Below are positions 27,754 to 40,179 of a stretch of DNA of 64,000 bases, in pieces. The DNA comes from the human T2T-CHM13v2.0 reference genome, Homo sapiens: assembly GCF_009914755.1 (NCBI RefSeq), contig NC_060928.1; one strand, given 5' to 3'. The notes beneath the pieces are model-generated. The model was not told the origin of the DNA. It searched no databases and saw only the letters and a program-made list of their open reading frames with translations. Both the position numbers and the translations under genes were made by a program. The first letter of the stretch is position 1; every line of letters starts with the position of its first letter.

Positions 27754-29147
27754 GAAAGAATCCTCAGCATACATTTTATAATTGTCCCAAAGCTTTTCCC
27801 AGCACTGACCCCACTGACTTTAGAATTGTATATTGGCTTACAGTTTTAAAGCTAAATGGGAAAGGAGAAAATACCACCACTAAAAACATTGAAACATAAG
27901 GACATCACACACCTTTCTATGCATAACATCTAAAAACAGTATACTGTAAGTCTGGGAACTAAGCAGTACAGTAGTTGTGTTTTTTTTTTCTTGTCATTAT
28001 AGAATGTAAATGTCGTTCATTCATTTGTTGCTTTTTTCCACAAATATTCCCACATGCCTGTTCTATTGCAGGCACTGTGTGGTAGGCACTGATGGTGGTC
28101 TCAACAGTTCACTTAGGAGCACTTTATTTTTTATTTCGAGCTTCTCAGATCATCACTCACTGGAATTCAGAGTTAACAGAAAGGAAAATATACCTGCCTC
28201 CAAGCACATTCACACTCCTGCATGGCCATAGACCACAAGTTTCTCATGTTCCCTAAAAAAGGCACAAATTTTTTATTCTCCTTTAGCAACATTCAATTTT
28301 ATATATATATACACACATATATATGAATTATATGTATACATATATGAATTATAGTGAAAGCAAATAAATATCTATACAAATAAATGCAAATGCAATTGAA
28401 AGACATATATACCCTGTAGGTATCTTTGTAACTGAGGATCCATTTATGCCTAATGATTTTTTTAAAAAAAGGCTATGAAAATGACCATCCTCTGTAAATG
28501 GTGGCTAAATCTAAGTCTGTACCCATTGAGGACACTTTGTTTTGATGGTGATGACGTCTTCCTCCTTCCTCCACTGCAGGGAGAACTCTTGATGAGTGTG
28601 CCTGCATCCTTTATTATGGGAGGCATGCTTTGTAATGGAGTCATTATCTTGCTGAGGACTGAGTAAGAGAAAGTGTTCCTTCTTCTCTGTATTAAAGTGC
28701 CTGCTCCTTGACTCAGTTATTAAAATGAGGACGCAAATAGCTCCTTGTTCTAATTTTCCTTATCAGCCTCCACAGGGCCCATTTCAGGCTGTCTGTGAAG
28801 TGTTAGAATGCAATTGTGTGCTTGAATAAAATGGAGAAACTGAATTAGAGCCTCTTACGACCATTATATTGTCTTATTTAGTGACACTGTTTGCCTCACC
28901 ATTATGAAGCAATGAGCTAAGTGTTCTTCCGGAGTAATAATAATAATATCCACATTTAACCAGCACTTTACACTTGCAAAGCACTTTCACATACTTTATC
29001 TCTTGTGAACCCTGCAACAATGCGAAGCAGATCAGGTGGGTGTCATGATCACCAATTTACAAAGAGGGGGAATGAATTGTGGTTAAGTTATAGGTTTAAA
29101 ACTTCAAAGGAGGACATGAAAGCCAATGAACCTGGTATTGGAGAAGA

Positions 29148-29583
29148 TGAAGGAATTTGAGAAATGACAGGTGCAGGAAAGGTTCTCTGACCTTTCTCTG
29201 AAGGAGGTCATAAGACACACATCTGAGCGATGCCCTCTCTATACCTGGAGGAAAGGAGCATCCTTATCACAGAAGACAGATTGTCAGGTGAGAGGAATCT
29301 GAACCCACAGGCCTTGCTAGGTTTTCCTAGTTTCCCCTTTATAGCTCATACCCTTTTCTCCTATCATATTTCTCCACTAATTTCCACACTTCATCAAACC
29401 TAGTATAAAAATGCTCAGGTTTAACCACTTCTTCAGGTCTTCATTTCCTTATGAAGGCTCCCATGTCATGTAAAATGTATATTAAATAAATTGTATGTTT
29501 TTATCTTGTTAATCTTTTGTCATGAAATCTCAGCCAATGAACCTAAGATGGGTAGAGGGAAAAGATATGTTTGCTCACCTACA
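29148..29583 (+). mobile_element. MER39/MER34-family ERV1 LTR (5'-eroded)
   Basis: aaggagcatccttatc, acaggccttgcta, gtataaaa, ttcttcaggtcttcattt, aataaa, gggtagagggaaa...ctaca. Confidence 0.7.
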
Positions 29584-29825
29584 ACCACCTGACTAATTTC
29601 ACTGATCAATTTGTATTTTGGGTAAGTATAAGGTTTTCTTCCAGCAGAATGCACATATATGACTTTCAGACATTTTATTTGTTGAGCTTCTACTATGGGC
29701 CAGCACTCTGCTGGAGACTGGAAATTTAAGATAGAAGTACAAACCCTTGTACTCAGGTTGTTCACAACACAACCCCAGGTGGAAAGAAACTAACCAGGAA
29801 AGTGTTTGAATTTCCCATTTGATGA

Positions 29826-30568
29826 TGAAAGATTTCAGTAAATGCCACCTCTAAAATATGCTTCCTTGGTTTACGGGTTGAATATTCCTTATCCAAAATG
29901 CTTGGGACAATAAGTGTTTCAAATTTATGATTCTTTTGGATTTTGGATTATTTGCATTATACTTAACACTTGAGCATCCAAAATCTGAAAGTCTAAAATC
30001 CAAAATGCTCCAGTGAATATTTCCTTGGGCATAATGTCCGTGCTCAAAAAGTTTCGGATTTTGGAGTAATCAATCTGTACTGATTTCTTCAAGCTGAAGG
30101 CACTTAGTGAAAGTAAATGCAGGGAGGAGATGTCCCTGAACTCCCTTCATCTGCCTAAAGACAAATGCTCCAAAAGGAATTCAATTGTCATCAATCCCCT
30201 CCCCAGGAATTTCATCAACCAGAGGAGATTAAATTTTGTCACAGAAGAGGAAGACCAGAAGTCAACAGCACACCCAAATTTTGTCGAAAGCTATCATCTA
30301 TTCTTTGAAAAAGCCATTAATCCCTCCCCTAAATCATTTGCTCTCCCTTAAGTTGCCTACATGCCCCCTCTTCTCTCCTAGATGAAGAGGGTATATAGGC
30401 TTCTATATCTCACTGGGTTGGGGAGTATTCACTTTTCTTTCATATGATGCCCTCATGCATGTAATAAATACTATCTTTTTTCCTATTAATCTGCCTGCTG
30501 TCAGTTAATTTCATAGACACAGTTATCACACTCTCAGAGGGTAGAGGGAAAGCCAAGTCTCTCATTCA
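29826..30568 (+). mobile_element. MER34-family ERV1 solo LTR interrupted by a Tigger MITE
   Basis: tgaaag...atgccacctctaaaatatg start; gctgaaggcactt; atcaatcccctccccaggaat; aataaa; gagggtagagggaaa. Confidence 0.7.
29874..30077. mobile_element. Tigger4a/MER46-like Tc1-mariner MITE
   Basis: TA|CGGGTTGA...TCAATCTG|TA terminal inverted repeats; ccttatccaaaatgcttggga; aaatccaaaatgctcca. Confidence 0.82.
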
Positions 30569-32976
30569 ATGGTTTGTAAATCCCCAGAGGTTTCTAAAAA
30601 TATTTGTGTCATTGCCAAAAATAGGTTGCATCATTACCAAAAAGTAGCATCACATCTTAGCCTCCAGAAAATAAAGTCTTGACAAGTATCAAGGTGGTAA
30701 CACTCTGGATAGGAGTGGAAATGTAACAGCGGGCAATAACAGAGGAAGGGAAGGAAAGCAAGGGAAAAGACATGATGCGATACAGTAACACACGACTATA
30801 GGGGCTCTCACTTCACAATGAGCCAGTAGTAAGTTGAGGAGCAGTTGTGTTTATTCTATCTGGGAACTTCTCCAGAAAGGTTGTAAGAAGGAGCTACTCT
30901 CCCTAGAAGAGAGAAAGGATGGGGAGCTTATGTGCCAGGCTCCCGTTTTTTGTTTTTTGGTGTTCTGTTTCTGCGTTGGTTGAGATTCACTTCATGGGGA
31001 GCTAGATTGTGTAAATGATCCCCTCCTGTTCATTCGGAAAGCTGGTTTCCACTGCTAAGGGATGGTGTTTTACTCGAGTTAAAACGTGGAAGGAATGCCT
31101 GGTAAGAGTAAAGCATCAATCAAGAGAAAGAGGCAGGGAGGGAGGGAAGAAGAAAGGGAGCCATAGAGGGACTTTGAGATAGTGCATGATCTTTGATTTC
31201 AATAGAGCATCCCTTACATTTTTAGGTTTTAAACTCAATACATAAAACAATTATATGATTTTTTATTTTTTCCCAGAACACACTGAGTGGAGATTACAGA
31301 TGCAATTCCTTTTTTGCATGATCTTGACAAATTATGTTTCTCTCCTTCAGAATGCTTTCCAGTTTATACTCATTGGTATTATTTGATTAATAACCATAGC
31401 TTCCAAAAAATAGTAAATTTTTGATAACAAGGATCAAGTCTGATTTGAATTTTCATCGTATCTCCAGGAGCTGGCACTTAGTAGGCAAATGCTTGTTGAG
31501 TAAATAAGTGAATGGATAAAATAAGCGTGCTCGAAACAATCCCTGAGTTGTTGGCACATAGCTACATTTCAACTAGCTTCTCTGGTGACGCTGTCGTACA
31601 GACCTAAAATACTTCTATGTTTTGTCTTTTTGTTGTTGTTGTTCTCAATGGGTCATAAACATGAAATGTTTTTTTCCTTGTCTGTTCTTCAACTCTTCTG
31701 CCCACTCTTCACTTTCTAATTCCTGGGTCCTTTGGACAAGGAAAGGAGATTAGAGGAAAATGGCATATTTTTATTTATGGATGCTGCTGGGTCTCTCTAA
31801 GATATGGATGCCCTTTGGGTGGCAAGGGTCCAAATACTGGCTTTTTTGTGGAGTGTGTGTGTGCATCTTTGGAACAGAGAAGTTTCTGCAGAGGCCCCAG
31901 CTGCACTGCTGCTCATTGATGTGGGAGATCAGCTCCAGTTCAACCCTTCCAACATCCCTGTAGCTGCTATTTCTGGTAGCCTACCCCTCAGGATCTTGCT
32001 CCTGGGGTCTCTTCATCAGGAAACCCACCCTCTTAGGCAGATGGGGGAAAAGTATTAGCAAGATGGCCCAAGCCAAGCTACTTTCCAAAGTATCTACTTG
32101 TCAAGGAGGATTTTCAGTTATAGCAATGTGAAGGGTCAATAATTGCTTTCCACAAAAAGAAAGAAAAGAAAAAGTATAAAATTGGATAAAATTGTCCAAA
32201 ACACCCATTTCAGAGCACTGGGCATCCTCACTCCAAGCTATCCATTCTTTCCTAAGCCTCTCCAACATCGGAATTTCTGACCTTTGTCCTTTGTACTCAA
32301 ATCACTCCCAGGTGATTAGATGACTAAAGCTGATCTAATTCCTGTCATGGTATTGATAAGTGTGCATGATATAATGGTTTAGCACATGCCCATGCCACAT
32401 TTGCAGATTACTGGATGCTTCAAATCTTTACCCATAAGGAAGAAGAAATAACAAAAAATTTTAGCACTATTAAAAATTAGAGATATATTTTAGACAGAAA
32501 AGAGAATGATTCTTCTAGTTCTTCCTAAGCCTATCACATACCTAAGTTGCTGCCTCCTCTCCCTCCTATGAGCATTAAAATCTATATTTGTAGTTAAGTT
32601 AAAGAGAATTAACTAACTTTATAAGATTTTTGTGACACACATTTTGAGATAATTGAAGACCTCCTGATGTGCCAGAAATCCAGAAACTGAAATTTCCTGC
32701 ACTAAATAATTTAGCAGTTTGTGGAGAGCTTATTCACTCAAGATTATTTCCAAAACAAGACCAAATACCCAAATCTTCCCTCCAGAGCTTTGGCTCTAAT
32801 CCTTAAATTATTTTGATCTGCTTTCACTGGAGCTTCTTGTGAAAACTGAGCTATAATTGCTAGAGGTACTATAAATTAGATGGTATGTTATGTCTTTTTC
32901 TTTCCTAAAGTTAAACTGTTAACATTAGTAAGAAATTGATTTTGAGTCATTTATTAATAAACAGATTGAAGGTTCA

Positions 32977-32994
32977 CAGCGCCACCTAGTGGTA
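32977..32994 (-). promoter_or_regulatory. Candidate CTCF binding site
   Basis: The reverse strand reads TACCACTAGGTGGCGCTG, a close match to the CTCF core. It lies in AT-rich non-repeat DNA and retains its CpG. Confidence 0.7.
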
Positions 32995-33169
32995 TAACTT
33001 GTAAGTTTATGCAACTTTCCTTGATCTGAGTTGTAGTCAGAATTCTATACCAAAAATAAATGTTAAAAACTTAATTTTTTAATGGAAGTAATTAACATAC
33101 ATGCAAGTGTGTGTACCTCTTTTGTGAGATCATTCAAAAACTTCTTTAAAATTACTGAATTTAGTGTGA

Positions 33170-33254
33170 TTAGGTTGGTGCAAAAGTTATTGCGGTTTTT
33201 GCTTTTTTTTTTTTTTTAACAACAAAAACAGCAATTGCTTTTGCACCAATCTTT
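33170..33254. mobile_element. MADE1 (Hsmar1-derived MITE)
   Basis: TTAGGTTGGTGCAAAAG.TATTGCGGTTTTTG ... CAAAAAC.GCAATT.CTTTTGCACCAA inverted arms. Confidence 0.92.
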
Positions 33255-33412
33255 TAGAAAACCTGGCTTGGCTCTGCTAACTTCCAGCCATATGACCATG
33301 AGTAAGTTTTTAACATCATTGTGCCTTGAGTTTCTAATCTGTAAAATTTGGGGAAAAAAAATTGTTCTTGAAGAAGTAAGATGTTGAAGAAGGATAATAA
33401 AAGTGCTGAAGG

Positions 33413-33734
33413 TGATGGGATTCAGGACCTGCTACCCCCAAAATAAGTCACCTTGGCATTTGAGAAAACAGCAGAAACAGGAAAGCCATAAAACTTAGCC
33501 GACCTTCTTCTAAAGTAGGTTATAAGAAGCTTATATGCCCTGCCCAGAGGAAGGGAATGTCACACAAGGACACAGAGAAGAGCCTGAACAAACAGGCCCT
33601 GCTAAGTTCCCCCAGTTTATTACCCATTAGATCATACACTTTTGTCCTCCCAGCATACTTCTGCATGCCTAGCCATGAAAATTACCCAGTTTGCCCTGTT
33701 TCTTTGCGATGAGAGAGAAATACTATTCCCCACA
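33413..33734 (+). mobile_element. MER39-like ERV1 LTR (internally deleted)
   Basis: TGATGGGATTCAGGAC.TGCTACCCCCAAAA...CCTTGGCATTTGAGAAAACAGCAGAA start; ends ...CCCCACA. Confidence 0.75.
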
Positions 33735-34769
33735 AGGGCTAAGAAATAAATGCAGAGCAAGGAATTTACTTACATTAATTCCAGTTCTGAAGAATGAATT
33801 TTTCAGTTTGATGGAAACATGAGACAATAAGGTACTAATAAGAGAATTTTAAAAATTGTACAAGCAATGCAGCCTGGCAAGAGAAGAAGTAAAACCTGGG
33901 ACATGAGAGAAAAAAGTGAAAAGGCAAGAGACTAGAGATCATAATGAGGTGAGAGAGCAGATAAGCCATAAATAAGGAAGAAAAAGATCCAGAAGGCCAG
34001 GAGGTAACAGAGATTCATTCCAGAGCTTTCCAGATGATGACGATGTCACAGATGTGCACAGAGGTGGATGTCACAGGGGTAGAGTTACCATAAGGCTGGG
34101 TGTTGGCTGATTTGTCCGGATATGGAATGCTCAAGGGCAGCAGAGAGAAAAGACCATCAGCTGGAGTCAAATCCTTTCATAATTGTGGGAGAGAGACCGA
34201 TACTTAAGAAGATGACAATAAGAAAGGAATAGAGATGGGATGGGCAGATTCCATCAGTCCAAAAGCATGTGGAATTTTTGCTTGAGGGTGTCAGTTTCCT
34301 CAATCACTCAATCAGCCTCTTACTCCATCTGTGTGTGGATGTGTATATATGTCTGTGTCTCTGTCTCTCACGTCTCTCTCTCTGTCTTTCCCTCTTTGTC
34401 TTTCTTCTGCATAGTGTCCCAAAATTCCTAGTGTAGTTTTAAGCTTTAATAACTTCAAAAGTATAAATGCTACCAACAGACACACATGTTCACACATATA
34501 TATGCACATACAGAGACCAATTCAGAATCTTGAACTTGGGAAAGCTTCCAAGTTTATTCCTTGAGGTACACAAAACAGCTGGTCAACTATTAAGATGTAG
34601 CACTATTTCCATTTCAAAAAATAAGGTCATGCTCCTGGGAAATTTTTGCTAAATGACCCAGGTAACAGCTTAGAGTCCCTGGATTTTAGCCTGTCCTTAC
34701 CCACCTCATGAAAAGAAGTAAACTACATTAAAAACATATTTTAATAAAACTACAGTCAATGATTTTTTA

Positions 34770-35261
34770 TGACAGGGTTCAGGACATGCTATACCAAACT
34801 GTAACACTGTGGCATACTGAATAAGCTAAAGGAATCTGAGGACCTCAGGTACAGGGAGAACTCTCTGACCTTCCCATGAAGCAGGTCAGAAGACCTCTAT
34901 CTGTGTGGTGCCCTCCCTATACCTTACAGAAAGGAGCATCCTTATCTCAGAAGATGGAGGCTCAGACAACGGAATCTGAACCAACAGGCCTTGCTAAGTT
35001 TCCCCAGTTTACTGCTTTTAGCTCATGCCCTTTTTGTTCTATCATATTTTTCCATGACTTTTGACTCATCATCAGACCTAGTATAAAACACCCTAGATTA
35101 ACCATTTCTTCAGGTCTTCATTTGCTGATGAAGACTCCGACATCACATTATATTAAATAAATCTGTATGTTTTTTGTTTCTTATTAATCTATTTTCAATT
35201 AATTCAGACTCAGCTGAGAACCTAGAAGGGTAGAAGAAAAAAATATTTTTCCTCCCTTACA
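34770..35261 (+). mobile_element. MER39-family ERV1 solo LTR
   Basis: TGACAGGGTTCAGGACATGCTA start, TATA-like gtataaaa, aataaa; ends CCCTTACA. Confidence 0.78.
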
Positions 35262-37109
35262 TATATGGTAGTATATGTTATATATTATACTGTGTCAGCA
35301 TATTGTTTATTACGTATTATGTATGATACACTTTTATAAAAGTACAAAAACTGAGGCTGTCCTATTTTTAGCATGTGTTCATGGGTGGTGGAATATCATA
35401 GCTAAAGCAAGGACTCTAGACTTAGACTATCTCAGTTGAAAATGTGATTCATCAACTTAATAGCTAATCTTTGGTTAGGTAACCATCTTAAGCCTCAACT
35501 TTTTCTACTACACAATGGGATGGTACTAATACTACTCACCTCATAGGATCATGGGAAGGATTTAAAGATATAACATGGAAAGCCACAGTAATGCATCAGA
35601 AAGGTTTCCTTTTATTATAAAATTAGCTCAACCCCTTTCTATCATTTCTCTCCTCTTCCTTTTCTTCTTCACTCTTCTTAACTTGGCCTGCCTCACAATA
35701 ATGTGAGGTAGGAAGTTTAGCCTAACTTGCTTCTGAATCTACTTTTTCCAAATTCATTATAGAAAAAAAGGTACTTCTTTTTTTTCCTAATCTCCTCTCC
35801 CTATATGAGAATTTGGGACCAAAATGTAAAACAATTCACTTCATTTGAATTCCAGGGAGATCTTAGCATATTTGAGCTTTGTGTCTACTGACTGTAATCG
35901 ATTTTGTTAGGTTCTAGTCCTTAAACCAAAAAGAAATGTAGATTTATTCTCAGCAAGTCAAATTCTCATTTCTTGCTGTTCCCTGGACACAAATGAGATG
36001 GAGATTATTAAAAGGTTAAAATATTTTTGGAAACCATAACTATTATGCCTAGCTTTAATTAACCCTTCCATTGAATTAATGACAGGGTTAATTAGCTCAA
36101 ATAGGATACAGCTTTTAGTTTGGGAAAATAAAGCCTTAGAGATTAGAGTCATTCTTTCACCATCTTGTGGTTTCATTCCCACACTGCAATGTGTTAAATA
36201 GATCTTTTCTGTAAAAGCTGGATAGCTACATCGTTTATCTACCTAATTTTAGTATATCTTGGCATGTATTTAAAGCTGCCACTTAAAACTACCAGACGAT
36301 TGCATTTTGTCCTTTTTTCTTAAATGCCACATACTCAAATGTTCGGTCTTGATATCCCTCTAAAAATGGAGAATGTTTTCATATACATTTGGCGATAAAT
36401 GAGAAAAGATGCAACGAGGAACAGCTGAGTTTACAAAGGAAGGCTGACACTTGCACAGTTCTGTGGGTTTCTTACTTATACACTACATTCGCTGCCAGTG
36501 TATCATTCATAGTTTTAATCAAGACAAATAATGATACCCTTAAAGGACTCAATCAATACAATTTGACTACTAAACTTGAAGACAAAGTGTTTTTGCTGTT
36601 GTTTTTATTAACTTTTTATCCATCTGTCTGGATGGTCATTTTCTACATCGCCCTTACTTCATTCAAACTACTGACAAGGAGAGAGCCTGAAAGCTACCCT
36701 CATGGGCAGAGTCGTCTGCACTGGTGAGGTAGACACAGCCTCAGGGTATCAGTGCCAAGATCAAGAAAACTCTTAAGTTTTCTAATTCCTCATCTACTTT
36801 TATTTCCATCACAGACTTAAAATATGTTCTTATTTACATAGTACAAATAAAACAAAAATTCTCTTATGTTTCCATGGTTCCAAAAAAGACTACTAGAGCT
36901 AACCTTTGAAGCCAAAATGGAACCAACACTCAGAACAAGCAAGTCTGTAATTTTCCAACTAAAATTATAACTGAGCTTTGGACTACAGACAGATCCATCC
37001 TTAAATAATGCCCTGCTTTGTCTCAGATACAGCATTATAAATGAATTCACTAGAAAAGACTTCCTATTCTTTATCAGTTAGCTATTGTAGCAAATAGCTA
37101 GCTATTTCC

Positions 37110-37565
37110 TTTCTATCAGTTAGCTGCATATGAAACTATACCAAAACTTAGTAGCTTAAAACAGTAATTCTGCAGGTCAACAATTTGGGCTAGGCTCAGC
37201 TGGGTGATTCTTCTGATCTTCACTGGGCTCATGCATGCATCTGTGGTCATTTGCTAGGTTAGCCAGAAGATGGCTGGTCTAGCATGGTCTCAGCTGGGAT
37301 GACTTACCTCTGCTATACATGGTCTCTCATCCTATAGCAGGGTAGTTGAGACTTGTTCTCATGATGTCTGAGCAGGTTTCTATGCCTTATCAAGGCCTAA
37401 ATTTGGAAGAGGCCTGAGACACATTCAAAGACTCTTGAGGCCTTGGCACACTGTCACATCTGCTGCATTCTATTGGCCAAAGTAAGGCCCAAGGCCAGCA
37501 GGATCACTTTGCAAAAGGCATATATACAGGGAAGAGTGAAGTGTTGTGGCCCATTGTTTGCAATG
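37110..37565 (-). mobile_element. MLT1H/G-like MaLR LTR
   Basis: ccaaaacttagtagcttaaaac; gggctaggctcagctggg; tgcattctattggccaaag...aaggccagc. Confidence 0.75.
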
Positions 37566-37585
37566 TTCCATGTTTATACCCAACA

Positions 37586-40179
37586 CAACAAAAAGAGTGT
37601 TTCACATCTGCTCGGTCTAAAGGTTGGTTCACTTCTGTGAGTTGAATACAGGCACCAAAAAGAAGTTACTGAGAATTCTTCTTTCTAGCATTATATGAAG
37701 AAATCCCGTTTCCAAAGAAGGCCTCAAAGAGGTATAAATATCCACTTGCAGACTTTACAAAGAGAGTTTTTCCAAACTGCTCTATGAAAAGAAAGGTTAA
37801 ACTCGGCGAGTTGAACGCACACATCACAAAGTAGTTTCTGAGAATGATTCTCTCTTGTTTTTCTACGAATATATGTCCTTTTCTACCATTGGCCTCAAAG
37901 CGATTGAAATCTGCACCTGGAAATTCCACAAAAAGAGTGTATCAAATCTGCTCTGTCAAAAGGAAGTTTCAATTCTGCTAGTTGAATAAATATAACACAA
38001 ATAAGTTTCTGAGAATTCTTCTGTCTAACATTATATGAAGAAATCCCGTTTCCAACGAAGGCCTCAAAGGTGTCCAAATATCCACTGGCAAACTTTACAA
38101 AGAGAGTGTTTCCAAACTGCTCAATCAAAAGAAAGGTTAAACTCTGTGAATTGAACGCACACATCACAAAGTAGTTTCTGAGAATGATTCTGTCTACTTT
38201 TTATACGAAGATATTTCCTTTTCTACTTTTGGCCTATAAGTGCTTGAAATCTCCAACTTCAAATATCACAGAAAGAGTGTTTCACATCTGCTCCATTGAA
38301 AAGAAGGTTCAACTCTGTGAGTTGAATACACAGGACACAAAGAAGTTACTGAGAATTCTTTGTCAAGCAGTATATGAAGAAATCCCGTTTCCAACGAAGG
38401 CCTCAAAGAGGTCCAATTTTCCACGTGCAGATATTAAAAAGAGAGTGATTCTAAACAGCACTATGAAAAGAAATGTTAAACTCTGTGAGTTGAACGCTCA
38501 CATGACAAAGTAGTTTCTCAGAATGATTCTGTCTAGATTTTATACGAAGATACTACGTTTTCTACCCTTGGCCTGAAAGCGCTTGAAATCTCCACATGCA
38601 AATTCCACAAAAAGAGTGTATCAAATGTGCTCTCTCTAAAGGAAGGTTCAAGTCTGTGAGTGGAATACACACAACACAAAGAAGTTACTGAGAATTCTTC
38701 TGTCTAGCATTATATGAAGAAATCCCTTTTCTAAGGAAAGTCTCGAAGAGGTCCAAATATCCTCTTGCGGACTATCCAACCAGAGTGTTTCCACACTGCT
38801 GCATGAAAAGAAAGGTTAAACTCTGTGAGTTGAACGCACACATCAAAAAGTAGTTTCTGAGAATGATTCTGTCTAATTTTTATACGAAGATATTTCTTTT
38901 TCTACCATTGGCCTCAAAGCGATTGAAATTTCCACATGGAAATTCCACAAAAAGAGTGTTTCAAATCTGCTCTGTCTAAAGGAAAGTTCAACTCTGTGAG
39001 TTGAATGCACACAACAGAAATAAGTTACTGAGAATTCTTCTGTCTAACATTATACGAAGAAATCACGTTTCCAACGAAGGACACAAAGAGGTCCATATAT
39101 CCACTTGCTGAATTTACAAGGAGAGTGTCTCCAAACTGCTCAATCAAAAGAAAGTTTAAACTCCGTGAATTGAACGCACCCATCACAAAGTAGTTTCTGA
39201 GAATGATTCTGTCTATATTTTATACGAAGATATTTCCTTTTCTACTTTTGGCGTATAAGCGCTCGAAATCTCCAACTGCAAATATCACAAAAAGAGATTT
39301 TCATATCTGCTCCTTCTAAAAGAAGGTTCAACTCTGTGAGTTGAATACACAGAACACAAAGAAGTTACTGAGAATTCTTCTGTCTAACATTATATGAAGA
39401 AATCCCGTTTCCAACGAAGGCCTCAAAGAACTCCAATTATCCACTTGCAGATATTACAAAGAGAGTGTTTCTAAACAGCTCTATGAAAAGAAAGGTTAAA
39501 CTCTGTATGTTGAACGCACACATCAAAAAGTAGTTTCTCAGAATGATTCTGTCTAGATTTTATACGAAGATATTTCCTTTTCTACCCTTGGCCAGAAAGA
39601 GCTTGAAATCTCTGCATGCATATTCCACAATAAGAGTGTGTCAAATGTGCTCTCTCTAAAGGAAGGTTCAAGTCTGTGAGTGGAATACACACAACACAAA
39701 GAAGTTACTGAGAATTCTTCTGTCTAGCATTACATGAAGAAATCCCTTTTCTAAGGAAAGTCTCAAAGAGGTCCAAATATCCTCTTGCAGACTTTGAAAC
39801 AGAGTGTTTCCAAACTGCTGCATGAAAAGAAAGGTTAAACTCTGTGAATTGAACGCACACATCACAAAGTAGATTCTCAGAATGATTCTGTATAGTTTTT
39901 ATACGAAGATATATCCTTTTCTATCTTTGGCCTAAAAGCTCTACAAATCTCCACGTGCAAATATCACAAAAAGAGTATTTCACATCTGCTCTGTCTAAAG
40001 GAAGTTTCAACTCTATGAGTTGAATACACACAACACAAGGAAGTTATTAAGATTTATTCTGTCTAGCAGTATATGAAGAAATCCCGTTTCCAATGAAGGC
40101 CTCAAAGAGGTCCAAATATCCTCTTGCAGACTTTACAAACAGAGTGTTTCCAGGCTGCTCTATGAAAAGAAAGGTAAAC
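37586..40179 (-). repeat. Alpha satellite block, ~15 monomers of 171 bp, SF1-type (J1/J2, EcoRI 340 bp dimer)
   Basis: CENP-B-box monomers (tcccgtttccaacgaag) alternate with pJ-alpha-type monomers (gatatttccttttcta). GAATTC occurs at 37673, 38013, 38353, 38692, 39032, 39372 and 39712. Confidence 0.97.

Noticed and set aside
30800-32060. Possible ancient LTR fragments (~30800-31200 and ~31750-32040)
   Set aside because: The composition is LTR-like, but I could not fix the termini, TSD or family by eye.
29148-35261. Possible two-LTR provirus
   Set aside because: The interior holds MIR, MADE1, other LTRs and unique DNA, with no gag/pol/env remnant. The outer LTRs are too dissimilar and share no TSD.
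37666-39865. Short ORFs in the satellite
   Set aside because: Chance frames in alpha-satellite monomers.
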